From positions 1 to 45,379 of the IMG/VR virus record IMGVR_UViG_3300037657_000258: a stretch of 45,379 nucleotides of DNA. The stretch is one strand, 5' to 3'. The position numbers and the translations under genes are program-made. The notes beneath the pieces are model-generated. The model was not told the origin of the DNA. It did not search any database and saw nothing but the letters and a program-made list of their open reading frames with translations. Origin of the DNA: a virus (Duplodnaviria > Caudoviricetes). Positions 36,551 through 45,379 of this stretch are shown here, piece by piece. Position 1 is the stretch's first letter, and each line of letters begins with the position of its first letter.

Positions 36551-36707
36551 CTATTGACTGATTATCATTTGTTTTGACTATGTGATTGCGGGGCTTGCCG
36601 CGTCCGGCCGCCAGGACGGTGACCACGGCCCCGTGGTGAGGTAACCAGCGCCACGGGGCCGCATACCAAGCCTGGGCCAGACTGCCAGGCCGGGGGTTTG
36701 TTAGCAC
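36510..36707 (-). CDS. Small hypothetical protein
   Basis: Overlaps both neighbours in the operon. Confidence 0.5.
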   Translation of the reverse strand: MLTNPRPGSLAQAWYAAPWRWLPHHGAVVTVLAAGRGKPRNHIVKTNDNQSIVVPCGNLRKVDHA

Positions 36708-37270
36708 TCCAGGGCGGCCTTGAGTTCGGCCTTAAGGCGGTTGGCGTCGGCTTCCAGAAAGGCCCGTTTGATGATTTCCCAATGTGCCGCTTGCTTGACG
36801 CCGGTCATGTAGCCGTGCAGGTCCGCCAGTTGGCCTTGAAGCTCTTTGATATGGGCCTCATAGCCCGCAATCTCGGCGGCCAGGATTTCGCGGGCGAACG
36901 CCTTGGCGCGTCCGGGGTTGTCGTCTTCGACGGCCCGGGTCAGGCGTTTACAAAGTAGACACCAATCATGTTTTGGGGGTTCTTCGGGCTCGGGTTCCAG
37001 GGCCGCAATCAGAACCAGGCCCGCCGGAAACTCAATTTCAACCATGATCGACCGTTCGGACGGGGCCGTCGGGTCCGTGGTAAGAAAGTCAATGGTCAAG
37101 TTCGCAAAATTGAGTTCCCACCAATAAGGCCGATAGCACGCCTGGCAGGTCACCTTACCGGTTTTCTCCGAAGTGCTGTAAATGTCCCAAAAGTCCACGT
37201 CTTCGTAGCCACAATGGGGGCAAACAAGGCCACCCTCGATGGTGTGTAAAATTGCGTTGTCAAGTCCCAT
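36701..37270 (-). CDS. Zinc-ribbon protein with coiled-coil tail
   Basis: CPHC...CQAC; GAGGGGAG RBS. Confidence 0.65.
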   Translation of the reverse strand: MGLDNAILHTIEGGLVCPHCGYEDVDFWDIYSTSEKTGKVTCQACYRPYWWELNFANLTIDFLTTDPTAPSERSIMVEIEFPAGLVLIAALEPEPEEPPKHDWCLLCKRLTRAVEDDNPGRAKAFAREILAAEIAGYEAHIKELQGQLADLHGYMTGVKQAAHWEIIKRAFLEADANRLKAELKAALEC

Positions 37271-37485
37271 TAATTACTCCCCTCTTTCTGGTCTATCTTG
37301 GTGGTGGAGAATACCGGGTCAAACTCCACTTCCCAAAAGAACTCTTTGCCGCACTCGTCACACTCATAATTGCCGGACGTTGTGCCTTGGTCGTAAAGCG
37401 CCCAGGAATCCCCGACCTCATAACCACAGTAGGGGCAGACGGCTTCGGACGTTCCAAAATGGTCGCACTCTAAAATTTCAGGCAT
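37270..37485 (-). CDS. Small zinc-ribbon protein
   Basis: CPYC...CDEC; GGAGG RBS. Confidence 0.7.
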   Translation of the reverse strand: MPEILECDHFGTSEAVCPYCGYEVGDSWALYDQGTTSGNYECDECGKEFFWEVEFDPVFSTTKIDQKEGSN

Positions 37486-37507
37486 TTTTCCTCCAAATAT
37501 TTGCCGG

Positions 37508-38419
37508 TTAATGTTTGGTTGGCGCTTTGGTATCGCCTGGCAATTGCTCCAGTGTTAGCTTTTCCACCCGGGGCTTGCCGGGCGCGTCTTTGGCGCACAG
37601 GTAAAGCCAATCCCCACAAGTCGCGCCCCATTGCGTTAACTCGTATGGGTGGTTTGGGTGGAAACACTGTTTCTTGAAGGCCAGGCCGGGAATCCATCCG
37701 AAATACCAGCACGTTCCGCACGTTTCAGACATTTGCACCCCCGCGCCGTCCAGGCAGAGCAACCGAAAATCGCAATACTTACAGTCGGCCTTTTTAGGCA
37801 GTTTGGCCGGGGCTTCGTTGGCATAGATTATCCGGGCCGCCTTGGCCTTGAGTTTGGCGAAAAGCAGAGGATCAAAATATAACCGCTCAATGTATAGGTC
37901 GCTTGTGTTCTTGTTTTCGACAATGAAGAAGCACCTGGTCAGGCCGGAATATCCCATGTAACATTGACCCTGGCAGAAGTATTTATAGTTCGTTGCCTGG
38001 CATCCATCGGAACAAAACAGCTTGAATATGCGGTCGTTGGCCGTCTTGCACTCGAGTACTTCCGGCCCGCCCCGCTTGGTTACCCCGTGGATTTTGCCGT
38101 CACTATGGCCTCGAAACATGCCGTCAAAGTCGGAATACTCGGCCTGGGTATTAGTGACTTGGAATCCGGTCCGGGTCAGGTCGCGTATCATTCGCTTTTC
38201 GCCGTCGTCGCCAGCCTCGAATATCCGCAGTACCCGCCCGGGAAACGGGATAGGATCAAAGCCCCGGAAGCCATACCAGAGCGCACGTTCACACTCGCCG
38301 CCTATGCTCGACATGCCCAAGTATTTTCTCCGGGGTTCGGCAGCTTCAGCCTTGGCCACGGCCTCCATGATGTCGAAGGCGATCCGTTGTTCTTGGTTGA
38401 TAGGCCCAAGTTTGGCCAT
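37508..38419 (-). CDS. PD-(D/E)XK (Cas4/YqaJ-like) phage exonuclease
   Basis: YLGMSSIG..CER..W, GHSDG, LECKT, Q.QCYM, CKYCDF. Confidence 0.85.
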   Translation of the reverse strand: MAKLGPINQEQRIAFDIMEAVAKAEAAEPRRKYLGMSSIGGECERALWYGFRGFDPIPFPGRVLRIFEAGDDGEKRMIRDLTRTGFQVTNTQAEYSDFDGMFRGHSDGKIHGVTKRGGPEVLECKTANDRIFKLFCSDGCQATNYKYFCQGQCYMGYSGLTRCFFIVENKNTSDLYIERLYFDPLLFAKLKAKAARIIYANEAPAKLPKKADCKYCDFRLLCLDGAGVQMSETCGTCWYFGWIPGLAFKKQCFHPNHPYELTQWGATCGDWLYLCAKDAPGKPRVEKLTLEQLPGDTKAPTKH

Positions 38420-38420
38420 G

Positions 38421-38936
38421 TTAGTTGATCCTCTGACCGGAGGCCCACAGGTCGATATAGTGCAGGACGTAGCCGACCTTATCCATTCGCTTGAAGGCTT
38501 TCAGAGCACCGGCCAGGGCGTTGTCTTTCCGGGGCCAGAGCGCCCCGCATCCATCGGCGGCGCTAAATTCCTTGCAAAGATTTTCATCGCCGGACAACAG
38601 GATATGCCCTTGGGGTGTTAGCTCGATCTTTCCGGCCACAAAGCGGAACTTCTCGGCATAGGGCCGCAAGTTCCGATAGAGCCAATGGGGGCCGCCAAAC
38701 ACCACGCCGTTGTTTTCCACTGGTAGGGCGCTCTGCCGATAGGGCAGCAAAATACGGATACAATCCCCGGGGTATCGCTTCTCAAGTTCGAGCATGAGCC
38801 GCCCGGTCTGGTCGGCCATCGGCAGACCCGCGTAAAAGGGCAATTCCTGGCCGCTGTTACTCGCTGCAAGGGCGTCTATTTGCTCCAGGGGAATTTCAGG
38901 AATAAGCACCGTGGGAAAGTCGATAAATACGTTCAT
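38421..38936 (-). CDS. Hypothetical protein
   Basis: AAGGA RBS; fills the operon gap. Confidence 0.6.
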   Translation of the reverse strand: MNVFIDFPTVLIPEIPLEQIDALAASNSGQELPFYAGLPMADQTGRLMLELEKRYPGDCIRILLPYRQSALPVENNGVVFGGPHWLYRNLRPYAEKFRFVAGKIELTPQGHILLSGDENLCKEFSAADGCGALWPRKDNALAGALKAFKRMDKVGYVLHYIDLWASGQRIN

Positions 38937-38951
38937 GTTTACTTGTCCTTT

Positions 38952-40559
38952 CTACCAGCCGGCGATTTTGCGCCACTGGCCTTTGTCGCCTTCTCGTTTT
39001 ACAATTACCGTTTCCGGGTATGTGAGTTCCCCTTGCCGCTCCACGGCCTCGGCCACGGACAAGGGCGGGGGTTCAAGGCCGGACATTTTTCGCCACCATA
39101 GGTGAGCCTTCTTCCGGCCGTAAGGTGAAGCCTGACCGGCAAAGTCAAAGTAGTTACTAATTTGAGTCGTTCGGCCACCATGCCGTCCGGTCACCGTGGC
39201 CCGGGCCAGAAGGTGGCCTTTAAAGCTCTGGTATTCACTGATCCAAACATTGACCACTGAATACTCATCAGGGTTCAAGGGAACGTCGCGCATGGCCACG
39301 GGACCGGCCTTTTCGACCGTGGTTATCTGCCAAAGAAAACCGCAGTCTGGACACTCCAGGCACCCGGCGGCCACCAAGGATTGACATTTGGGACATGATT
39401 TGTGGGGGGCGCTCCCGGCTTCCCCCAGGCCCGGGACAATAACCCGTGGGTCGTTGGGGTCGCCATGGGTGGCAAAGTTGTCGGCCAGGTCCAGGCAGAG
39501 CAAGTCACTCTTGCCGTCCGCCAGGCGCAAGCCGCGCCCGACCATTTGCACAAACAGCGCCGGGCTCTTCGTGGGACGGCAGAGCATGACTAAATCCGTT
39601 TCCGGGCAGTCCCACCCCTCCGTCAATACGCCCACGTTGGTTAATATTTGAATCCGTCCGGCCGCAAAGTCGGCCAGGGCCTTATCCCGGGCCTTATCGC
39701 CCATTTGGCTATGAACACAGCCGGTTGCATATCCGGCCGCCCGAAAAGCGGTCATGACTTTTTCGGCGTGTTCAATGGTCACACAAAAAATTACGCAATG
39801 CGTCCGGCCCTCGCCGTATTTCTGATAGGCCTCAACGGCCGATTGAATATGAATCTCGCGTTCCATCACGGCCGATAGTTGGCCTTGGTTGTAGTCGCCC
39901 CCCGTGGTCTTGACGCCGGACAGAGCCGCCGCCACTGTGTCACCCTCTTTGGCTCTCAGCGGAACAAGGAATCCTTGGGCCTGGAGTTCGGCCATAGACA
40001 CGGAATAATGCAGGTCTGGAAACAGGTTTTGCCGACCCTCTTTGCAACGGGGGCCGTAGATATATCCGTGGCCAAGCCTAAACGGGGTGGCCGTCACGCC
40101 AAGCACTCTCAGGTCCGGGTAAAGGCGTTCCAAGCCACGGATAAACATTAGATACTGACTATTTGATTTGTCGTTGGCATCCAGCCGATGGGCTTCGTCT
40201 ACTATGACCAGGTGGAACGGGTTGACCTTGGCCCGGTTGGCCAATGTCTGAATACTCCCGATCACCACGGGGGCATGGTGGTTCACGCGGCCCACGCTCG
40301 CACACGCCAGGCCCAGGGGCGCACCGGGCCATACCTTAAGCATCTTCCCGGCCGTTTGGGTTATCAGGCCCGCACGGTGGGCCAAAATGGCAATCCGCAT
40401 AGACGGGTAAGCCTCGCGCCAACGCCGGACAAGCTCACAAAAGAAAATCGTCTTTCCGGCCCCGGTTGCGGCTTGGAGCAAGACATACTTTTCCCGCTTG
40501 GCGGCCTCAACCACGGTGGTTATCGCCTGCTCTTGGTATGGCCTCAGTGTCATTCCCAT
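38952..40559 (-). CDS. SF2 DEAH helicase (YejH/RadD-like) with zinc finger
   Basis: LRPYQ, ATGAGKT, DEAH, TATPFR, LTEGWD, QMVGRGLR, CPKC/CPDC. Confidence 0.95.
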   Translation of the reverse strand: MGMTLRPYQEQAITTVVEAAKREKYVLLQAATGAGKTIFFCELVRRWREAYPSMRIAILAHRAGLITQTAGKMLKVWPGAPLGLACASVGRVNHHAPVVIGSIQTLANRAKVNPFHLVIVDEAHRLDANDKSNSQYLMFIRGLERLYPDLRVLGVTATPFRLGHGYIYGPRCKEGRQNLFPDLHYSVSMAELQAQGFLVPLRAKEGDTVAAALSGVKTTGGDYNQGQLSAVMEREIHIQSAVEAYQKYGEGRTHCVIFCVTIEHAEKVMTAFRAAGYATGCVHSQMGDKARDKALADFAAGRIQILTNVGVLTEGWDCPETDLVMLCRPTKSPALFVQMVGRGLRLADGKSDLLCLDLADNFATHGDPNDPRVIVPGLGEAGSAPHKSCPKCQSLVAAGCLECPDCGFLWQITTVEKAGPVAMRDVPLNPDEYSVVNVWISEYQSFKGHLLARATVTGRHGGRTTQISNYFDFAGQASPYGRKKAHLWWRKMSGLEPPPLSVAEAVERQGELTYPETVIVKREGDKGQWRKIAGW

Positions 40560-40570
40560 AAGTTATTGCC

Positions 40571-41107
40571 CTATCCCCAGGGGGTCGTTTTTTTATCGCC
40601 GCCCGCCGGGGCTTGCGGGGCCGGTTTGCCCGCCGGGGCTTTCGGAGCCTGGCCGCCGCCGGGCATGGGGGGCCTTCCGCCCGCGCCTTCGGGCGGGTCT
40701 TTATATCCCTTGATTTCGTTGTATTCGCCATCCTTGGACAGCGCCACGCGGGCGGTTACGACGCGGCCGTGAAGTTCCTCGGTATCGCCGATAAAATCGG
40801 GGTTCGGGTGGCCCGCTTTTTCGGCCAAGGTCTTGAGTTGGGCGCGGCCGATCCGCACCGGGTCTTTTGACGGGTCGGTCGGGGGGGCAAAGCCGGAAGC
40901 GCGGGCGATAATCATCCTGTCAAACAGCTTGCGGCCGGCATGAGTCGGGCCTTGGACCTCAAGCGTCCACTTGACCATTTGGCTGTACTCGCCGGTTTTC
41001 GATCCGCCTACTTCACTGTCAATGATCTTGACGACGTAATCGCCGGGCGGCAACGGCTGAAAGTCCTGGGATTCTGACCCGGACAGGTCGGCACCAAGTC
41101 TCGCCAT
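40571..41107 (-). CDS. DUF669-like ssDNA-binding protein
   Basis: FQPLPPGDY, GRKLFD, NEIKGY, Pro/Ala tail ending PWG; GAGAGGTG RBS. Confidence 0.8.
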   Translation of the reverse strand: MARLGADLSGSESQDFQPLPPGDYVVKIIDSEVGGSKTGEYSQMVKWTLEVQGPTHAGRKLFDRMIIARASGFAPPTDPSKDPVRIGRAQLKTLAEKAGHPNPDFIGDTEELHGRVVTARVALSKDGEYNEIKGYKDPPEGAGGRPPMPGGGQAPKAPAGKPAPQAPAGGDKKTTPWG

Positions 41108-41240
41108 ATATTCACCTCTCAGTATTTGATACGCGGCTATTTCGGCCGCACTTCGGGAAAGGCCGCCGTCGTATTCCATGATTGCGGCCCGTTCTTCAAA
41201 CGCTTCTTTTGCTTCGGGTGGGAAGCCTAATACTTCCAGA

Positions 41241-42047
41241 TCAAGCAGGGGGTTCCCCCTCCGGGTTGCCGGGGTCGGTTTCGGCGTCTTCTTCGACCAC
41301 GCCGTCAATAATCGGCTCCGGGGCGGCTTGTGGTTCGGCAGAGCGGGGCGCACCGGCGATGATCTTGGCCCGGATAGCTCCAAGGTCAGGGGCTTCGATC
41401 AGGTCAAGGCACCCGCTCCGGTCCTTGGCCGGCATCTGCCGAATTTCGTCGGTCACTAAGGCGCGGTAAGGATTGCCGTTGTTGTCTGAAAATTTGGTGT
41501 AGTAAAACACCAGGTCAAAAAAACTGGTCAAAAGGTCTTTGGCTTCCCCGCCTTTTATGGCCGGGGCAAAATACCGCACTCCGTCCGCGTCTTTTTCCGC
41601 GCGGGGCAGGCATGTGAAAACAACATTGTAGGGCGCCAGGTCACGGAAGGCTTTTATCAGGATGATAATTTCATCCCCGTAGCTTCCCCACAGGTTGAAA
41701 GAATCTTTCTTGTCGGGATACTTGACTTTCCAGGCTTCCAGACACCGGCTGGAAATTTCGGTCAAGGAATCCACAAACACCCATTGGAACTTAGCCTTGT
41801 ATTCGGGTGTCTTGAGCAATTCCAGGGCTTCTTTAAAATCGTCAATGCTCGTGATTTCAAAGCCCATAACGCGGCCGGAATGAACAATGTCACGCACGGA
41901 CAGCAGTCCGCCCTCGGCCGATAGGGTCAAGGCGTTCTCGCCCTCGGGTATGGTTTTTAAAAGGCTTGTCTTCCCGATCCCCGCCCCGCCGATAACCAGG
42001 ACGGTTATCCGGTTACAGGAATCAGGTTCAATCAGTTTCAAGGCCAT
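41241..42047 (-). CDS. AAA_24 / Sak4-like ATPase
   Basis: GGAGIGKT, SAEGGLLS, FVDSLTE, PAKDRSG. Confidence 0.88.
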   Translation of the reverse strand: MALKLIEPDSCNRITVLVIGGAGIGKTSLLKTIPEGENALTLSAEGGLLSVRDIVHSGRVMGFEITSIDDFKEALELLKTPEYKAKFQWVFVDSLTEISSRCLEAWKVKYPDKKDSFNLWGSYGDEIIILIKAFRDLAPYNVVFTCLPRAEKDADGVRYFAPAIKGGEAKDLLTSFFDLVFYYTKFSDNNGNPYRALVTDEIRQMPAKDRSGCLDLIEAPDLGAIRAKIIAGAPRSAEPQAAPEPIIDGVVEEDAETDPGNPEGEPPA

Positions 42048-42184
42048 TCAATCATCCCCTTTCAAATATTGGTCGGTTAATGGTTAAATACTCGGCCATA
42101 AGGCCCGGGCTATTCGCTCCACATTGTCACAGCCGATCTTTCCGCCTGCCGCCGCTTGCCAACAGCACCAAATCGCCCACATTG

Positions 42185-42421
42185 CTAATTCTCCCTGCTA
42201 AAAAGTCCGTATTTGTGCACCCAGGCCCAAAAGGCTGGCCAGGGGTTCTTGATGTCCATTGTTCGGTTTGGGCAGTCCCAACAGCGGATAGCTTCTACCC
42301 CGCGTTTTTTTCGCATTGCCCGCCGCTGCATTTTTAGACACACCCTTTGGGTAATTTTTGCCGGTCCCTTGTCGCCAGGCCGACACAATACCGCCGGATG
42401 GGTGGCCCAAAACGCGGCCAC
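42185..42421 (-). CDS. Small hypothetical protein
   Basis: ORF in the early operon with Cys motifs. Confidence 0.45.
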   Translation of the reverse strand: MAAFWATHPAVLCRPGDKGPAKITQRVCLKMQRRAMRKKRGVEAIRCWDCPNRTMDIKNPWPAFWAWVHKYGLFSREN

Positions 42422-42429
42422 TTCCCTGT

Positions 42430-42870
42430 CTAATTCTGGCCTTGCCGTACTGCCCCAAGGCGTTTCTTGGCCTTATCCAAAACTCCCAGGTGGCCGCGCC
42501 GTCCGTTTAGGATTGCGTCAACACGCTGATGGGTTATTCCCAGGGCATCGCCTATGTCGCGGATTGTTTGTGGAAGTTCTTCGGCCTGGTCGGTCACGTC
42601 AAGTAGGCATGTCTCAGGCATTTTGAATAAAATGTCCAGGATTTCATCATCTGTTTTCAATGCCAGATGGGGGATAGTCCAAAGCAAATGTTCTGCACAA
42701 GACACCCATGGGCAAGGCCGGGGGCCGCCCTTGCATTGGCTCCGGTGTGTCGGCCTGGTTACAAGTTCTGGTTCTTCAATAATTTCGAGTTCATGACAGG
42801 TTACTTCGTAGGATTGCGTTGTGCCTTCCATTTTTTGCCTCTCCGGGTCGGGTTCCTGCTCACGGCCCAC
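42430..42870 (-). CDS. Cys/His motif plus sigma-region-4-like HTH DNA-binding protein
   Basis: RPCPWVSCAEHL, ETCLLDV, TIRDIGDALGITHQRV; start uncertain. Confidence 0.7.
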   Translation of the reverse strand: MGREQEPDPERQKMEGTTQSYEVTCHELEIIEEPELVTRPTHRSQCKGGPRPCPWVSCAEHLLWTIPHLALKTDDEILDILFKMPETCLLDVTDQAEELPQTIRDIGDALGITHQRVDAILNGRRGHLGVLDKAKKRLGAVRQGQN

Positions 42871-43074
42871 ATTCAGTTATTGAATATTATCAGGTAATCG
42901 TATTCAACAAGTATTTGGGTTGCCGCCCTTATAATGCGGCCACTGGCGAGATATTATCCATTATCTGAATATTTGGCAACAAAATTTATTCTAAATATGA
43001 ATTATCAAGTAAACTATTTTTGAAGTTATTCATTATTGCCTTGATTTACCTTGATATTTATGCAATATTTGAAT
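42871..43074. promoter_or_regulatory. Divergent immunity region with ATNC-N7-GAAT operator-like sites
   Basis: Sites at 42871-42885, 42956-42970, 42988-43002, 43060-43074 in an AT-rich intergenic region. Confidence 0.6.
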
Positions 43075-43133
43075 TGTCCCAATGAGGGATATTCACCAAG
43101 GCGTTACAGCAATCGAACCAAGATAGGGGGTTC

Positions 43134-43598
43134 TTGATGACCAAAATGACCAGGGGAGCCATGGCGGTTGGTCCAAGCGAAGCATTTGGCGCGGCCTTTA
43201 AGGCCTTGTCTCGTGAAAAAGGGTGGACACAAGAAACTTGGGCAAATGCTACCGGAATTAGCCAGGCTAATATCAGTAGGTTAATGTCCGGTAAAAGCTC
43301 CGAATCAGTTCGGCTACAACTGGCCGAATCGTTGGGGCTGGACTATATCGACTTATTAGAGATGGGTCGGGATATTTTGGCCGAATCAGGGGCGATTCAA
43401 ACGCCTTACGCCGCACTCACCGGGGTTGTTAACGACTTCAGAGCATGGGCCGCTGGGCGCTTATCCGGCGGTATGCCCTGGGTTGAACAAGTTGCCAATG
43501 AACTACAGATACTTAAGTTCAGGTTCAGCTTGCGATCGTCAATTGACGGGGGGAAATCCAAGCCTGATACCGACAAGGGGGGTCAGGCAATGAATTAA
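43134..43598 (+). CDS. XRE-family HTH repressor
   Basis: KGWTQETWANATGISQANISRL; divergent from the early operon; start uncertain. Confidence 0.8.
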   Translation: MMTKMTRGAMAVGPSEAFGAAFKALSREKGWTQETWANATGISQANISRLMSGKSSESVRLQLAESLGLDYIDLLEMGRDILAESGAIQTPYAALTGVVNDFRAWAAGRLSGGMPWVEQVANELQILKFRFSLRSSIDGGKSKPDTDKGGQAMN

Positions 43599-43611
43599 AA
43601 AGGGTGGATTA

Positions 43612-44088
43612 ATGACTAAAGTCAAGTTGTTAAAAGGGATCAAATACTTGGACAAAATGTTGCCAAACTACATGAGTCTTTCCATTTGGGAATTGTCTGA
43701 ATCCGGGGGGGCGGAACTAATGACAGCCACAACGGCTTATCATGCCATGGCAAACGAATATTGCATTAAGTGTCCGCTAGAAATTACTCATAAGTCCATT
43801 GTTAGCCGGTGCCAGGATTTCACTAAAGCTCTATCTGGCCAACCTCTAACCGGAGTTATTAAGCGGTTTCCGCTTCCTCCGCTGGAATGGCTTTTTTTAC
43901 GAGCCGGCCATGACAATAAAAAGATTTACTTTTTGGCATCCTATTTGAAATACAAAGAATCGGTTCCGGGATATTTACAGTCCGACGACAACGGATTGCC
44001 AAGGTCCCGAGTTGCGTGTTATCTCAATAATTACCTGCTCACGGTCCAAGGGGAGAACAACCTTGGACCGTCAATATTTACGGGATAA
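43612..44088 (+). CDS. Hypothetical protein
   Basis: AGGGTGG RBS; lies between repressor and integrase. Confidence 0.55.
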   Translation: MTKVKLLKGIKYLDKMLPNYMSLSIWELSESGGAELMTATTAYHAMANEYCIKCPLEITHKSIVSRCQDFTKALSGQPLTGVIKRFPLPPLEWLFLRAGHDNKKIYFLASYLKYKESVPGYLQSDDNGLPRSRVACYLNNYLLTVQGENNLGPSIFTG

Positions 44089-45379
44089 TGTTTGCATGTT
44101 AGGGGGAATTTTCGGTGAAGGCCGGTGTCCGCTTTGCGGGGCCAAGTTCGTTGACTTGGGCGAAAAATACCAGGTCTGTTGTCCGGTCCACAAAGACCAG
44201 AAAGCCAAGAAACTTGACGCCAAATTCGGGCGCACGGCCCGCCGAAAATTCGCCGGCCCAAATGCCTATGTCCGCGCCCATCAATGGCTTGGTGGGTTGC
44301 GGGCCAAGGCGGGCGATCCCGAAACCCACGGGGCCATTGATCCCCGGGACTATGACCGGGAGCGCCCTTTATCCATTGACAAGCTAATAGACAGATTTCT
44401 TGAGATAAAACAGCCAGAAGTATCCGCGTCACAATACCGAAACCTTAAGAACCACCTATCCAGGGCGTCCGCCGCCTGGAAGGGTCGGAGCATTAAGTCA
44501 ATAGGCTACGCGGATATTGAAGACTTTCTTTTAGACCTCAACGTGTCCAGCAAGACCAGGCACAACTACAAATCCGCTGTTCACAGCTTTTTCGTTTGGG
44601 CCGTAAAGCGTTACAGCAAGCCCAACGCGCCGATTACCATGCCTGAGTTCCCGATTGTCAATGTCACGCTTGGAACCCGAAAAATCACGGACAAGGCAAG
44701 CCAGCTTGCCGTTTTGGAACGGGTCCGCCAGGACTGCGCCAATGAGCCGCGCAAGTGGATAGCGATACAGTTCCTTTGTCACTACCCGGCTTTGAGGCCA
44801 GACGACATTAGGCGAATCCATGAGGGAGACATTGATTATCGCACCGGCCGTGTCACAATTCAGCGACCGACCAAAAACAAAAAGCAACGGACCATTTACC
44901 TGATCCCGTCCGACATTGAACTATTGCGCGGGCTTCCCCGGGCCATGCCCCACATGCCCGTATTCCGGCATGACCACAACTGGCCCCCCATGGTAAAGGT
45001 GGGTGACGTGTTCGGGAAAGACCTCTTATATTCCATCTGGCGAGAGGCCGCCACGGCCGTAGGGCTTAAGGACGTGTCCCTTTACGGTGGAACGCGCCAC
45101 ACGACCGTTACTGACCTTCAACAATATTTGGGTCCAGATGAGATTAAGGAATATGGTTCCCAACACCAAAACAACGCCGCGTTTGCTCGGTACTTTAGTC
45201 CGGCCCAAAACCGCATGATGGAAGTAGCCATGTTGGCGGCCGGCCAGGCCCCCGGTCAAGTGGTCCCGATACGCCAAGCCGCCGCCGGTGGCGAGTGTCC
45301 CCCTTGGGTCCCCCAAGGCCCGGAAATGCAGCAACGGCAAGGGTCCGTGCCGGTTCGAGTCCGGCCTTCGGCACCATAA
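44063..45379 (+). CDS. int: Tyrosine recombinase (phage integrase)
   Basis: SAM-like core-binding domain, ALRPDD (R), PTK (K), YGGTRH, HQN, ARY (Y); start TTG 44063 or ATG 44096. Confidence 0.92.
   Translation: MDRQYLRDNVCMLGGIFGEGRCPLCGAKFVDLGEKYQVCCPVHKDQKAKKLDAKFGRTARRKFAGPNAYVRAHQWLGGLRAKAGDPETHGAIDPRDYDRERPLSIDKLIDRFLEIKQPEVSASQYRNLKNHLSRASAAWKGRSIKSIGYADIEDFLLDLNVSSKTRHNYKSAVHSFFVWAVKRYSKPNAPITMPEFPIVNVTLGTRKITDKASQLAVLERVRQDCANEPRKWIAIQFLCHYPALRPDDIRRIHEGDIDYRTGRVTIQRPTKNKKQRTIYLIPSDIELLRGLPRAMPHMPVFRHDHNWPPMVKVGDVFGKDLLYSIWREAATAVGLKDVSLYGGTRHTTVTDLQQYLGPDEIKEYGSQHQNNAAFARYFSPAQNRMMEVAMLAAGQAPGQVVPIRQAAAGGECPPWVPQGPEMQQRQGSVPVRVRPSAP
45346..45376 (+). other. att core: 3' fragment of tRNA-Leu (T arm, acceptor 3' strand, CCA)
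   Basis: CGTGCCGGTTCGAGTCCGGCCTTCGGCACCA matches the 3' end of leuX-type tRNA-Leu as recalled; no 5' half present. Confidence 0.85.

Larger units (their letters stand above)
1..45379. mobile_element. Temperate siphovirus prophage (HK97-like head, non-contractile tail) integrating at a tRNA-Leu 3' end; left att not in window
   Basis: Ordered lysis, tail, head, packaging, replication, repressor and integrase modules; tRNA 3'-end core at 45346-45376. Confidence 0.95.

Noticed and set aside
37508-38419. Cas4 as part of a CRISPR-Cas system
   Set aside because: No cas1/cas2 or array; it sits in a standard phage recombination module with AAA_24, DUF669 and helicase.
45290-45376. Complete tRNA gene
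   Set aside because: Only the T arm, acceptor 3' strand and CCA are present; no matching 5' strand (GCCGAAG), D arm or anticodon arm upstream.
44063-45379. Integron integrase IntI serving the cassette array
   Set aside because: No recognisable IntI motifs (HTLRHSFATHLL, SPLD end or the IntI-specific insertion); it adjoins a tRNA att core like an ordinary prophage integrase.

Overview
The window is one apparently near-complete temperate siphovirus with an HK97-type head, read as a prophage. From left to right: a + strand accessory operon (MoxR-like AAA ATPase, DUF3150-like protein, HExxH-metallopeptidase/vWA protein, ASCH protein, PIG-L-like protein; 1-4643); a long - strand late operon (lysis, tail, head, portal, terminase; 4726-26036) whose 5' end carries three extra genes (a 38-aa Gly-Gly-ending peptide missing from the ORF track, a PP-loop/PAPS-reductase-like enzyme and a ParB-like protein); an AT-rich + strand island (27.7-31.7 kb) holding an integron-type array (attI-like site plus 3 attC-bounded cassettes, no intI in the window); a cos-like region and HNH gene; a - strand early/replication module (prim-pol, iteron origin, helicase, DUF669, AAA_24, PD-(D/E)XK nuclease, RuvC-like); and an XRE repressor and tyrosine integrase whose reading frame runs through a tRNA-Leu 3'-end att core at the window end. 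The most notable items are the phage-borne integron cassette array next to cos, the GG-peptide/PP-loop/ParB module coupled to terminase, the AAA/DUF3150/vWA triad with repeated GC hairpins, a frameshift-split tail tip gene, and strong GGCC enrichment. Family calls come from motif recognition and gene order only; no searches were run.
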